From: Paramecium tetraurelia
Lineage: Eukaryota
NCBI GenBank assembly: GCA_000165425.1
Contig: CT868675.1
Coordinates: 248,001-312,000 of the forward strand
Direction: 5' to 3'
Length of the DNA: 64,000 nt
Shown here one piece after another: positions 13,981 to 31,459 of this stretch (position 1 is its first letter; each line of letters opens with the position of its first letter). The position numbers were made by a program, and so were the translations under genes. Below the pieces are notes generated by a model that ran no database searches, was not told the DNA's origin, and was given only the letters and a program-made list of their open reading frames with translations.

Positions 13981-15687
13981 TCAATTGCTAATTTCAAAAG
14001 TCTCCTTTTCACTATCATTTGTTTAGTCCTATTTAGAAATGACTCCTGAATTTAATTTTTTTTTAAAAGCAATTTCATCAAATTCCTCCTCGTCATTTTT
14101 AGATAATGTTAAAGTTTTTATTATAGAACCTTATTTAATTTTTTCTCTTTGTATTGTGAAGGATCTGGAGACACTGTAAAACTTCTGTTAGTCTAGTGGT
14201 ACAATGCTGCCATTCCTTCTTTGATTTAACTATTCAGGTGATGAATTTATAAATTACTCATATTATAAGGAAACTGGTCTCACATCAGGAAGCTTATCAT
14301 ATTTTTATTTAGATTACTTATGAGATCCAAATCAAGAATGGGAGAATCAATTCAAGTTCTTTGTCTTGTTTGTCATAGAAGAAATCTTTAATTTGGAAAC
14401 CATTATCTGGATTCAACGCAAAAGACAATATTGAATTCTGAAAATCGATTAATGTATACTTACATCAACAATGACAATATCTTTGAAATCACGATCCAAT
14501 TTGCTTAGGTCTTTGGTCAGACCTCCTTTGATGATAGTGCAACTCTCTCTAAATAACCTTTCGATTGCTTTTTTGTCAGGATCAACAAAGTCCATAACTG
14601 GCATAGCATATTCCTTGAGACTTGCAGTCCATAAGATAATGTCATAAAAATTGCTTAGTTCATTAATAAATTGTTTGGCACCTGGTCGAACGAGGACAAA
14701 AACTTTGAAATTTTATGATTAAACGACAATCTTATATAAGTATAGAAAGGTACATCCAAGCATAAATCGTAATTATCAATGGGTTGAAATTGGCTGTGTA
14801 CTAATGTTTCATCTAAATCCAGGACAATTGTTTTCTTTTAACCTAACTGAGAATAAATTGTCTAATATTACAATAAAGGATGATTTAGGAGTATCAATTT
14901 CGTGATGATATTGGTTTTGAGATCCTCGTTTCTTGTTGCCTTTAAATATGTGCAAACAAGCACACAATCGAGAAAAGAGAGATCTTTGATCTTCTTACTA
15001 TTAGTAGATGATTTAATTGTTTGACATTATAATATTTATAAAAATATTTTTGGTATGGTTGTCATCAATTTATAAAGTCTGTCATCTGTCTTCTAAGGAT
15101 GTGTCTACTTTAGAGTCTTTTTTCATTAGAGTCAACGTAGTCATCACTAATTAATTTGACTTAGATTTGTTTGTTAAAGGAGACTCTTTTAGGCGAGATA
15201 GCATTGGCCATTTATGGAGAAGGAGTAGATTGTAAAGGTTCAAGAATAGTGTGCTTTTTGTTCCGAACAGGTAGAGGTTGTTCTTCCACTAATTCAAAGA
15301 AATCTAAGACGTCTGAGTGTTGACTACTGTTCGAATTTTTTCTTTTTAATATACTTTTAGGCTAATTGTTTTGGGTTCCCAAATCTTCGAATTTGACTAA
15401 TAGTCCTTTTTTTTAAATTTGGTTATTCCTGGGTTTATGGAGTATTTCTTATTCTTGATGATGGAATGATATGAGGATCTTGATGTTTGAGGTTCTTGAA
15501 TTTAATCAATAAGACTATTTCTGGCAGACAATAATGCATCTGTTGCTCTACTTGTGTGTGGGATATTTTGGAGGGATTTAAACTATTGGTACATTTGGAT
15601 TTCAGGTAAAAATTGAGTTTTAGGTTGTGGTTGAAGATTTCTATCCAAAGGTTTCAGATCGGAGTAATAGGAAGACTTATAAAGCAT
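13981..15687 (-). CDS. CTD small phosphatase-like (FCP1/SCP/NIF, HAD family) protein
   Basis: KTIVLDLDETLVHS (DxDxT), VLVRPG, WTASLKEYA, YLFRESC, KDLSKLDRD, IVDNS. Confidence 0.93.
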
Positions 15688-15716
15688 ATTAAATTAATTA
15701 AATAATTTTGATTTTT

Positions 15717-16268
15717 TCAATTTACATTAAGAATAGGATCAAAGTCATTAATAATAAATTAATGTTCTGCAAGTCTGTTCTCCATATGATTAAATTTATG
15801 GACTCTCTCTTTATTGTAGTTGAATTCATCATCAATCAATGTTGATAAAGTAACGAAAGCAAATTAATTTGACTGAGATCTGCTTTATTTGCCAAACCAT
15901 TAAGAACTCATCCGAAATGTTGGTACTTAAGGGAATTAGGTTTACAAATTAGCATCCTTGACTCTCTATTTCAACAATGGGGCTGATTGTTATTTCTATG
16001 ATGTTCTTCTTGCAATGTTAGATTTGGCATTTGTAATCACCTCATCGAATTTCATAGGAGGTGAACATTGTCTTGTGAGTTTCCTTGATAATTTTAAAAC
16101 TGATCGGACTCGTCCATTTTGAGATTGAAATTAATGTATGGTTTTTTGAGGACTAAAATCATATCTAACCTAAAATTGAATTGGACAAGGTTGTCTTAAT
16201 AAAGTTTTCACACGATTAGTTGCACATTCTCGAGATTTTATATAATTTTTTATCTTTTCTTATAGCAT
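15717..16268 (-). CDS. Hypothetical protein
   Basis: About 180-codon TGA-free code-6 frame ending DFDPILNVN-TGA; start codon uncertain. Confidence 0.4.
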
Positions 16269-16303
16269 TAATTAATTCTTATCTGTATATTTATATATAA
16301 TTA

Positions 16304-18215
16304 ATGTTTCATGAATTTCTTCAGGAGTTGGGTCCTCTCAAAAACTCAGAGCTCCCCTTTCCATTTAGAAATTAATTCAAAATCAAAGAAAACTTCATCA
16401 ATCCAAATAGCAAACATTTCGATACAATTGCCCAGAAGTACATTATCAATATTAAATATATGTAGATTACTCTCAGAAGAAAAAGCAAGTATAAAACGAA
16501 AATGGGATAAATAATGCAAAATGATGTTCATCTGGATATTGGGCAAGTTCTTCTAATTGAAAAATAAGAAAACCATCAACCCCACAGAAGAAGAATGGAG
16601 ACAATTATCTAATATTCTTAAAATTGATGAAGTTACTCTCAAATAACGATGGATAACCCTTATAAACCCAGTTTCTAAGAGCATTAATTGGGATCCAGAA
16701 GAGGATGAAATCATTCGATCACTTATGAAGTATACCTTATACATATTTGTAATCAAGTGAACAGGATGAAAAGCATATTTGGACACATATCGCTCTAGAA
16801 TTGTATAATTAAAACAATGGATAATACATCAGAACTCCAAAATAGGTTAGAGAAAGATGGATGAATTATTTAAATCCAAAACTTAAAAAGTATAATGCCA
16901 ATTTAACATTACCTTTAGGACTAATTGGAGCTAATAAGAAGATCTACAGTTGTTGAACATGGTTGTTAAGAATGGCAAGAGATGGTCACTGATTTCCAGT
17001 CTTTTGGATGGCAGAACAGAAAATCAAGTCAAAAACAGGTAATCATGTTTCATATTTAAAACAGATTTAAAAGTCTCATCCAAAAAATCTACAAAGACGA
17101 AGACGATGATGATATTGAAGAATTAGAAGCTATAAAGGAGTATTTGAATAAACAAAATGTATAATAAATCTAGGAACCACAAAAGGAAGAGTCTCAAATT
17201 AGAGTAACTTACTTGAGATAGGTTAAAACTAAAACAAATCCTTAATAATCTAATAAAATCGATGAAATCGAAGTTTTAACTAAAAGAAGAAAAAATATTA
17301 AGGATATATTACAAATTGGAGAATAATAGCAAGTTAAGTCTTCGAAAGATTCATAAATAAAATAAAAGTAAAAAGCCACCAAATTAAAGGTTGAAGAAAA
17401 TATATAAGAAGTTTAAGCTGAGTAATTATAGTAATAGTAATAGTAATAGTAATAAGAATAGTAATAATAGTTATCATAATAATAATTATTATAATAATAA
17501 CAATAATTATAATAATAATAATTCTCATTTGAATAATAATTAAAAATGCAGTAATAGTTTTAATCCTAGTTATTATGTGAGAATAATAAAAAAGATCTCT
17601 CAACTCCCAACACATTGTATTATAACATCTAACCCTCCTTTTAAAAAATGGAGGACTTAAAAAACGATCAATTTTAATTTAAATAAGTCTAGCAATCTCC
17701 AATTCAATAACCTAATCAGTATCTATATTAAGGGTTTCGTCCATATCAAGAGGATGTATAATAATAATTCTAACAAACTCCTATGTAGATGTTTATGGGC
17801 TAGTACTTAAAGAATTACTAATAAAATTACAATCTTGTTTCTCCTTTCCCATAAATTAACTAAACACCTATGGCTATACACTCCTGCCTAAGCGATGTAC
17901 ATGTATAATAATAACAATCCTTATAATATGGGAGTATCACCTCTTTTGATTAGAAGTCCCTATCCTGAGAATTTGTCTCCCAATATTGCTCCCTAATAGC
18001 AGCCACCTTAGGCCTTTTGGTAAACTCCTCAATAAACAACGCTTGACTATTAGTAGAATGAATAAAAGTTCTCTTTGGTATGAATTCCATAATAAATGTA
18101 GAATAAATTAGAATTTCTATAGTCTAATAATTTAGTTGATAAATGGAAATAGAAAAGAATAAATGAAAAGCAGAATGCCTCATTTTTGGAACCCTTTTAA
18201 TCACTTGATTAATGA
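16304..18215 (+). CDS. Myb-domain transcription factor with Gln-rich C-terminus
   Basis: WDPEEDEII..RTPKQVRERWMNYLNP, WSQQEDLQL..GKRWSLISSLLDGRTENQVKNRF, plus a degenerate upstream repeat (TLKQRWITLINP); tiny introns. Confidence 0.92.
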
Positions 18216-18725
18216 ATTAATTTTGTTTAATAATCTATTAACCATTAGATAATTTTAACATAATTATTCTGTTTATCTGCAGTAATTTTATTTATATTTG
18301 TGTTCATAATATCAAAATTTGAAAGTACTTCATTTTTTTAATTAATATTATTTAAAAAATCAAAATGATGGAAATTAATTTCTCAACTAAAATAAAATAT
18401 TACTAGCATGATATTGATTATCTTATTAAAAAGCTTAGACTCAAAATTTTGATAAATCATATTTGAAGATTATATGGGTTTGAAGTTATTTCAAAAATGT
18501 AAGAAACTTTCTTAAGATAATTAAGATGGATATAAGAGAAGACTTCGCCTATTCTTCTTATTCTTGTTTATATTATATATTATTCTACAATTATTTACTT
18601 GTTGTTTATGACTAATTTAATAGTTTAAACAAAAAGTAATTATAAAAATTAATGACCATAAATTATTAATATTCATAATCATTAAATTATAAGTATCAAA
18701 AAAGAATTATTTGTCTTAGACATGA

Positions 18726-19116
18726 TCAGTGTTTCCTTATTCTTTTACTTTGATTGTTAATCCTATTGATGAATTTATTCAAAGTATCTTAATCATCCTT
18801 ACTTAAATAAGTAAATTCTTCATTCATTTCTTCAATTTGTTCCAGAAAATATTTGAGTTTTTATGAATGATCATTCTTTTCGAGTTTGTAATCATACTTT
18901 TTCTTGCTTTCTGACTGAGATAGTGTGTTATAGGCTTCATTAATCTCTTGGAATTGAGTAATAGCCTAAGCTCTGCAGTTTGTATTCTTATCCTAATAAT
19001 AGATTAATTATATAACATACTGGATGCCATTTTAAAGCTAATTTATGATATGCTTCCTTAATTTGTGGTTGTTGAGCATTTCTTTCTAATCCCAAGGTGA
19101 TGTAGTGATTCTTCAT
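18726..19116 (-). CDS. Small DnaJ (J-domain) protein
   Basis: MKNHYITLGL..AYHKLALKWHP/DKN (HPD split by an intron), FQEINEAYNTLS. Confidence 0.92.
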
Positions 19117-19215
19117 AATTATTAATCATTATCTGAAGACTAATACTTCAGAATTTATCATTATGGAAATTCTGGAACATAGTTGATTAATAACTTAATA
19201 TGATAATATTCATAT

Positions 19216-20432
19216 TCAATCTTCCGTGGGGTTGCCCAAGACTTAAAAGTTCTTTCCTCTGAAATCTCCAGCCTATCCTCTAAGTTTAACATACTCTGCG
19301 AAATCTCTTTAATTGGCTGAGAAGGCACCAATGATTTGAGATACCAATTGTCTTTTCTATTCTCTAATATAGAGTTATGAAATAACAAGTACCTCTTCTC
19401 TCTGGTTAATTAGTAATTGTAAGCCTTTTCTCTGCATTCACCCCCTCTATCTTCACTCTATTTGTTTTTGGCATCCAATCTAGCATTGTAGTCACTTAAG
19501 TCTCTTTTTTGATCTTAGATTCTGTTATCCAAACCTAAGATGGCAGCAGTCAATTAGGCAAGAGCATTGTTCAAACTTGTCAAATCTTTATCGAAGTTTC
19601 CTTTCTCCAATACAAACATGTTCAATCTCTTTTATTCTGCCTTAGTTTCCAAAGCCTTGCTGTCTTCAATCTGTTTAAGCATCAAATCACATAAATTAAC
19701 AATTCTATTAACAGTTGGGGAATTCTAAAAGTCTTCAGCTTAAGCAGCATTGGCAATTTCAGCAAAAACCTCATTGACACATCGTGCTACGAATAACTCT
19801 TTTTGATTTCAAATTTCTCTAAAAATATAACAATCTATAATACTTGCTTATTCAGAAGCATTAATGAAGTAATCTCTAACCTTTTACCATTATGCTTCGT
19901 TGTTCATTTATAAGAAACTCTAATTTTTGTCTGAAAACATTCTTCTAACTGTTTCAATAACGAATGTTGCATAATCGTGTTCTTCAACCTTTTTATCAAA
20001 CTCAGCCTTCTCTGTTTCTCGCTTCTTTACTAGATCAGCTAATTTCTTCTCTGTTTCAACCTTCCATGCATTCTTGGCATCAGCTTAACCTTATTTGTAT
20101 GATCTTAATGGCTCTAATTCATCCAAAATTGATTAGATTTCAACTGTTCTTCTTTCCAAGTTTGCACTCTCTTATTGCAATACTTTAATGTCTTCAGTGC
20201 ATTGATTCTAGTATTCATTGTTGGCTTTATCATCTTCCTTTTGTTCGTTCTCAATTGAGGTTTCTAGGTTTCTCATAATTTCAATGAAACGAGCAATTGG
20301 TTCACCTGTACTCATTTGCATTTAAAGTGTATCGATCAAAGTTCTACCAAATTCATCTTCATCAAATGCTCTGAATTGATCGAATTTGTCTGCAATAGCT
20401 AAGGCTATTAAGCAAAGCACAAAGATTTTCAT
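19216..20432 (-). CDS. Trichocyst matrix protein (TMP) family precursor
   Basis: Signal peptide MKIFVLCLIALAIA, FGRTLIDTLQMQMSTGEP, heptad coiled coils with spaced Cys; about 390 aa. Confidence 0.8.
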
Positions 20433-20494
20433 TAATAAAATAATTAAAAACGAATTTCAAGGAGAATAAGAATTATTTAATTATTATTTCAAAA

Positions 20495-22571
20495 ATGTCA
20501 ATTATTGAAAATGAAGCAATCCTTAATGATTATATGGTTAAAAATTTGCAGAAAGGCAAAGAAAGGGAGAATCATAGTGATTTCTATGATTACAATCCAT
20601 TAACCTCAACATATTAATGTTATGGATGTCAAAGATAGAAACCAAAATAAGCCTCATTACTATTGGCCAATTAAAAATCTAAAAAGAAGAGGAGGACCTT
20701 GGAAACTTATAAAATGAACGATATCATTATAAAACCTTGGCATCCTTTCTTGAGAGAATTTTAAAAAATATTCAAAAATTCAATTATCCCTCAACACAAA
20801 CAACTAAATTATTAAGTAGAATATCATAAACCAGATGTTGTATTATAATTTTACGAAATTATTCGCAGATTAAGAGAATAATTGGAGGATAATGTAAAAT
20901 CAATTTAAAAAGGGGATATTTCTGTTGCACCAATTCTGGAGACTTTGGCAATCTATTCAATTGATGAAATTGAAATTAATTATGAAACATTACATAATAG
21001 TACTAAGTCAATACAGTAAGATTCCACTAAGAAATCGTTAGCCAGTTCAAGCATTAGGTATTAGATGCAAGAGAAGAAAATATAGCATTACAAAGAATAG
21101 TGGGAAATAGTAAAAGAGCAAGTGGAATTACTAGAATAGAATAATACCATAGGTTTGAAGCAGTAAATAGAAAATACAATCAAGGCCTAGAAGGAAATTC
21201 AGTATTTGAAAAGTATTTTGAAAGAAACTTAAGATCATCTGATGATAATTGAAAGAGATAAGGAATAATTAATTAGAGAAAATTACTTTTTATTTCAATA
21301 TGCCCAATTAGACAGACATTATTTACTAATCAAAATAATGGAGGTATTATAATATTTCTATGTAGTAATATCCGGTAGAATAATTAAAAGAAACAGATGT
21401 CTCCTATTTTGAAATTTATCTTAAGGAATAAGAGAAGGAATTAGCAAGGTTGAAATTAGAGAATACTAAATTAAAAATTCATTCTAATCATTTGGAGAAG
21501 GAATCAGAAGTGATAAAAAAGGAATCTTTTTCTTAATTTTCTAATGAATTTTAAACTTAAGAATAAAAATGGAGTAATGAGAAGATTCATTTAGAGAAGA
21601 CTCTTGACTAATTAAAATAAGAATTAGAGATCAGTTAGAGATTTGAAAAGGAATTGAGAATTCTAAATTAAACTATGCAAGAAGAACAAGATAAATTGAG
21701 AAAGCAGTTGTTTGATTATCAAGCCGGTATGAATAATATCAGTCATCAACACTTAATCTAGAGATAATAAAATGATTAGTTATTAAAATAGAATTAAGAA
21801 CTTCAATTGACAATTTAACAATTAGAATAGTAGGCAATTGGAAATAAATAACAATTCAATAAGATGAATCCCAATGATTAAGCTTAATAATTAGCATTGA
21901 TTATTCTCTCTAAAGAACGTCCTACTCAAGAATAAGTCAATTTACTGAGATAAGTATTTGGAGATTTCACCGATGAGATCATTAAAAATCAAGTAGAACA
22001 AAATTAGAATGAATAAGCTTAAGAACTTATTGAATAAATGCAAGATTTAAGAAATTTCAAAGAGAAATTAGAATCTCATAATAGATTAACGAATAAATAG
22101 ATGGATGAAATAAGAAAAGAATTAGAGTTTGCTTTTTAGATGAATGAATCATAATAATCACAATCAAAAATAGGGAGAAAATTAAATTATGATATTTAAG
22201 ATTCTACATCCTATTTCTAATCTCTTGTAAGAATAAATGAGATCTTGAACAGTTAAGAAGAAGATCTCTAAAAGTTTAATAGATTGAAGAGTCAACCTCC
22301 ACAAATTATGAAATAGGAGATATCTTAACTGCATTGTTTACTATTGCTGTAGGCATTATCTTTAGAGGAAATGATTGTGAATAGTGAATAGAACTAGATA
22401 GAGGATTTCTCAGACTAAGAGATTAGGAGTTCAAATGGCAAAGAACAATAACCTTCCGAGTTTTAACCGATTGATGAGGAAAGTTCTCAAAATGATTAAG
22501 ATGAAGACGTTGAGGAGAGTTCTATCCATCAGCCAGAACCATATTAGGAGTAGGAGAATTAAAGAAAGTGA
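20495..22571 (+). CDS. Hypothetical coiled-coil protein, possible CUE-like segment
   Basis: Long Q/E/K-rich code-6 frame; LLRQVFGDFTDEIIKNQVEQNQN resembles a CUE motif. Confidence 0.6.
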
Positions 22572-22619
22572 ATTCTCTTATGAGTTAATTAACCTTATGT
22601 TTTTATTAATTTATTTATT

Positions 22620-24845
22620 ATGAATAGTTCAATTAATATTTCAAAATGCTCAATACACAATGAAAGCAGTATAATATTCGATACAGATTAACAATGTCCA
22701 GAGAAGAAAATTTATTGCATAAAATGCTTGGCTTAGAACTATTAAAACCTCATTCCAGTTGAGAACATTTTAGATTTCAAAAGGGAACTTATATAAATGC
22801 TCATTCAAGAATAAAAGAACAAGAACGAAAATAATATAGAGAAACTTGTTGAAATTATAAAAACATAAAGTGACACAAAGAATAATACTATAGCAATAGT
22901 GGACAAAAATATATTAAATTTGAATGAACAAATTGAAGCTATTCATAGAGAATCTACGCTCCTTTCTGATCTAAATGTTGATATTTAAGACGAAGAATCC
23001 CTTCAAAAATTGTTCTATTAAGTTTAACAACAATCCTAAAGAGCACTTTAAATTAAAGAATTGCTTAATCAACAATTACACAATTTAAAATATTTCGAAT
23101 AAGCCTAAGACTATATTAGTTAAAAAATGACTGAAATTTAGTTTGAAAATTCTCAATAAGTGAAAGAAATGAATTAGAACTTTTAATAATTGTTGAATAG
23201 AAAATAAAAGAATTAAAGTGTGAAATGTTAAAAGCATACTCAAGAAGGATTGATGATTGATTTGAATGAAAGTAGTGTCATATTAGGTAGATTTGCTTGT
23301 TAGGATTGTATATAGGATCAGAAGATATCTTTTACTAAACTAGAAGAATTTAATATATAATGCAAAAAACATTTAGAAGCCAAAAAAATAGAATTAACTA
23401 AATTTGAGTGTTTTACTTAAAAAACAAACTTAGCAATTGAAAAACTAAATGACCATATTGCGAGAATTCATTAACATTTATCTAATGCACTCTCAGAACT
23501 GAAAGGCTTGAGCGATGCACATTTAGATGAACTCTCTAGAGAATAGAGTAGGAATACGAAGGATTTAAAAGATCTATCTTAAAGTGAACTTACAGAGCTG
23601 GCCGAAGAAATAAGCAATAAGTAGTATCTGAATGAATATAAAAAAAAGATATAATAATAAAATGAAACAAAAGTGAGGAAATTTTAAGAAGCTTTAAATT
23701 CGGCATATAATGATTAACTTAAATTATTTCTTGACTTTTACTAAGAAATTTATAACATTTAAATGTGTAATAAGAATTAGAATATTGAGAGGATTCGATA
23801 GAGTGATAGGCTCAAAATATGTTCATGTACTATACAATTGTAATTGTACAACAATAAAAACACCTAGAGTAAAATACTTTAATAAAGTAAGAATATATCA
23901 TAATAAATTGCGAATCAATAAATAAGCACTATTAAATAAGAAAAGTGGTGTTTTACTATTTCTTTTTATCGTGATGGTTCTTAGATGGTAGTCAGTTCTA
24001 ATGAATAAATTAAGGTGTTTAAAAATTAGAATGGATAATTTTCATTGACTCAAACTATATCTCAAGGCCATACAGAAAATGTTTAATGTTTGAAGTTTAT
24101 GAATCGTTCGTAAAGATTCATATCTGGCGGAAAAGATAAATTGATAATAGTATGGTCTTTAAATGATAAATAATAATATTTCTGTGAATAAAAATTAATT
24201 GGTCACTGTTATGGAGTGACTTGTTTGGATTTTAATAAAGACGAAAACCTTCTCATCTCAGGTAGTACGGATGATAAAGTCAGATTTTGGACTCTAAAAA
24301 ATGAATGGGAGATGTCTGAGACCTTTATTCAACACGAGGATTAAGTGCAAGCATTGAGTTTATCAGAAAATTAATAATTGTTGTTGTCGTGTTCTAAAGA
24401 AACTATTCTAGTGCATCAAATAATAGATCGCGAGAATCTCAAATGTGAACAAATATAAAAAATCTCTTCATAGTTTCCTATCTATAGGATCAGCCTTATT
24501 AATAATAGGATTTTTGTTTTTCAATCTTCTAAGTCAACACTGTAGATTTATCTACAAGAGAAAAATTCATAAATCTTTACTCCAAAAGATCAAATCTAAA
24601 TAACAAATACAGAAAACTGTTATTTATATTCTCCAACAATATATTTAAGTGATTAAGGGCTACTAATGTTTAAATCTGGCCAAAACATTTATCTACTAAA
24701 AAGAACAAATGACCACCATTTTACTATTTAAGAAAAGATATAATATCAGGGAATTGAGACAGTTGCTGCAATCAGTCCTGATGGTTAATATTTGAGTGCT
24801 TGGAATAAAGAATTAAAAGAAATTTAAATTAGAAAGCTAGTATGA
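22620..24845 (+). CDS. WD40-repeat protein with N-terminal Cys/His motif and coiled coil
   Basis: KCSIHNE..YCIKC, KCQKH..ACQDC; GHTENVQCL..FISGGKDKLIIVW, GHCYGVTCL..LISGSTDDKVRFW. Confidence 0.85.
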
Positions 24846-25266
24846 ACGATATCAAAATGTCTTATGATTCAATTAGATTTTAATATATTTAGTTTTATTA
24901 ATGATCATTTTGCATATAACTATTTCACTATTAACCTAATTATAAAATCTGATTTTAAGAATTAAATTATAATATTTCTATTTAGTTTTTCAGAAATCAA
25001 ATTTCTTAATTTATTATATCTTAGATTAAGTTGTTAAAATAACATCTTTACAAAAGAAATATTATTAATTTTCTTTAAATATGAAACTAATTTTTTGAAA
25101 GAATTAAAAATCTTATTAAAAATACATAATACTTATTGTCTACTTTAATCATAATATCACTTATTAATTAGATATATGACTACAAAAAGTAATTTAAGTG
25201 TATGTTCTAAAAAGATGTCAAAGGTAAATTTTTATTAAAAGTAAGCAAATTTTTAATATATCAAGA

Positions 25267-27390
25267 ATGTAAAAGTTAATTATGTTTAAATGTAAAATTG
25301 TAGAAGAAAGATAACTTGTAGAAAATAGTTAATAACAATAAAAATATCGATTGAAAAATCTAGAATCCATCGATTTCAGCAAAAATCTGTAAACTACTAC
25401 AACCTTATTAGCCTATTAATAATATTCTTAATATAGCTATTAATCAGAGTTTATAAACAAATACGCAAAGAATAAAATTGAAAGATCCAATGTAGATAAT
25501 AAGTTTAAGAAGGTTGAATTTATGATAGATAAACGATTTGATTTGAATGTTTTATAAAATCTATGTTAAAAGGAGACATAAATAATAAGAAATTTTATTT
25601 ATATAATTATCCGTTAATAATTTACCCAATGAATTCAACCATCAGATAACCACTATCACATCATAACTCAATCGATAAGAGAGAAAATCGACCTGAAACT
25701 AAGCAGGATGCAAAACCATTCTCATTCATAAAACCAGGTGTATCAAATTATCAACCATTGACATCATCTAACTCTTAATTAACTCCTTAATCTCCAATCA
25801 TAAATCCACAATAGATTACTAAATAGTCAAAGCCCAATTGTTCGATTTAGGATTTGGAAACTTTTATTAAGGAAATAGACAGATTACAATTAGAGAATTA
25901 AAAGCTGAAAGAAAAGACTCAAGAACCTTAAGTGGTGGTGCAACAAGATCCGAAATTAGCACTTGAAAATCAGGAACTCAAAGTATGAATTCTAAATAAT
26001 ATTATAGGATTAATTGGATTTCCATAAACACAAATGTGAATTATAGGAAAAGGGTCACAATGATGCAGTAAGATAAATTGATTTAAGTTGGAAATAAGAC
26101 ATAGCCAATTTGAAATACCAGATGGAGCAATAGGAATCAAAACACAGATAAGCTTTGAGATAGGAATAATAATAGGCAAAGCAAGAGATTGCTAGACTCT
26201 AATAGAACTTATCATAAATATCTAGTTCAGATAACAAGAATTAGAGTCTCGTTTAAGCTTTGGTAAATATTAAAATTTAATTCTAGGAAACTCAATTAAT
26301 AAATCTAAAGAAAAATAATAACACATTGGAGGAGAAGTTGTCATATGCTATTTAATAATTTGATTCCTAATCAAAGGATTAGGAGTTCACATTATTAAAA
26401 TAATAAGCTGTGATTGGATCATAAGAACAACATGTTGTTGAATTGAAGAATAAATTGACTCAGTAAAGAGAATAGAATAAGGAAGTATCTTAGTAATTGA
26501 ACAAATACAAGGATGTGGCTGAAACTAAGACTGCAAGTGAATCTGTGTTATAAAAAAAGTTGAAGCTTATTGAAGGTGATTTTGAACATTTGTCTTAAAC
26601 TTATAATGAGCACAAGGATTCATTATAATCAAAGATAAATGAATTGACTTCAATGTATGGAAAATCCTAGGAGTAGATATGTCTGTTATAACAGTAATAA
26701 ACTAAAGAGCAGAATTAAATTAAGAAGTTATAAACTTCCTTGGAAAATTAAGAGAAGAATCATTAGAATGAAATCAGTGATCTTCATAAATAAAAATAAA
26801 TGTTGATTTAATTTTTAGAATAGGAATTACTTGGTTATAAAGAATAGAATTAACAATTGAAATTGATGAATCAGAAGTTGGAAACTTAATATAAAGAGAA
26901 TCAATAATCATATTAATAAAACTTTAGAGAATTAGAATGTAAGACTAATATGTTAGGAGATGAATGCACTAGACTCAATAATATCATCAAATAAAAGGAT
27001 GAGTAAGTCTTTAGATTGTAAGTCTAATTAAAAGATTTGATGAATCTTAATGGAAAAAATTAATCTCAAGAATAAATCTTAGAGAATTTATAGATTAAAG
27101 AAGGGGAAATCAATATTCTAAAGTAATAGAATGACAGTTTGATTAGTGATTTATCAAGGTAAGCTGAGAATTACAGAAATCTAGTCCAATAACATAAATA
27201 ATTGTAGAAATAATCAGAAGAAGTAAAGATGAATAGCATCACTATCAATGAATTTTAGAGTAAATGTGAATTGTAAGATAAGGAGATTGAAAGATTACGA
27301 TAGAAAGTCTTAGAAAAATCCTAATTACTAGAAAAAGTATAGAAGGAGAACTTAGAATATTAGGCTAAGCTGAAATCAAAGTTAAGATGA
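25267..27390 (+). CDS. Hypothetical long coiled-coil protein
   Basis: Extended Q/E/K/L heptad-rich code-6 frame ending KSKLR-TGA; 5' end uncertain. Confidence 0.6.
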
Positions 27391-27479
27391 TATTATTACT
27401 TTTATTTTATTACATAATAATGATTTATACATAATCTAATATAGAAGTGACATTAGAGTGTATATCCAAGTATATATAT

Positions 27480-29482
<2,003 letters not shown>

Positions 29483-29529
29483 TAATTAAATAATTAATAA
29501 TTATAATTAATTATTATGCATTGATAAAT

Positions 29530-30696
<1,167 letters not shown>

Positions 30697-31459
30697 TAAT
30701 TAATTTCACTATATTATTTTAGATTTAGAATATGTTTATGATAGAATTAAATTAAGTAGGAGGAAGGTCAAGATGAGTCCTATTAGAATTTAATAATTAT
30801 TCTATTAAGAAGAATGGAACCTCCATCTACAGATATGGCATTTTTATTTTTATTAAAATATATCAAAAGGATGTTTAATATAATAAATTCCTAAAATTCG
30901 ATTTTCAAGAGTTACTGTTCTTTCAAATATGCATCTATTTTCAACATCCCAATGTGCTAGTTCACCAGAATTTAAATAGGATTTTTTTTTTTAGATCGGT
31001 TTTTATTCTTGAAATTTCTCATTTGATTACATGAAGAGTAAGGTTTATGATAGGATTCTAATGTTGAAGTAGTCTAAGATGGAGTATTATCCTATAAATT
31101 AAAATGTATAGATATTTTTTCTATTTAATAGTGTTATTAATAGTATCCCTACTGGACCTATTGAAATTTGCACATACTAATATTGTTAATATTAAATATT
31201 AAGATATACTAAGTGTGCTACAATGAATTATTTATCTCAAAATATATATTATTTATTGAAATTCCTATTTTACAAAATAATCTAAGTATTTAAGGCAAAA
31301 AAAAAGTGTTATGAGCAAATGATAAAAAAAAGTATATTTTAAATAGTTTAATAAATTCAGCAGAGAATCTATTGTAGGGTATATCGAAATCAGAGGAGAA
31401 GTCAAAGAAACACATACAAAACCTTATAATATTATAATAATCGAAGATTGATTATGTAT

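Noticed and set aside
16311..16514. ORF-track start MNFFRSW for the Myb gene
   Set aside because: ATG at 16304 plus a 28-nt intron near 16438-16465 gives a more typical gene model; the track ORF reads through the probable intron
17334..17615. Poly-Ile/Thr hydrophobic ORF
   Set aside because: Antisense of the Gln-rich TAA/TAG tract in the Myb gene
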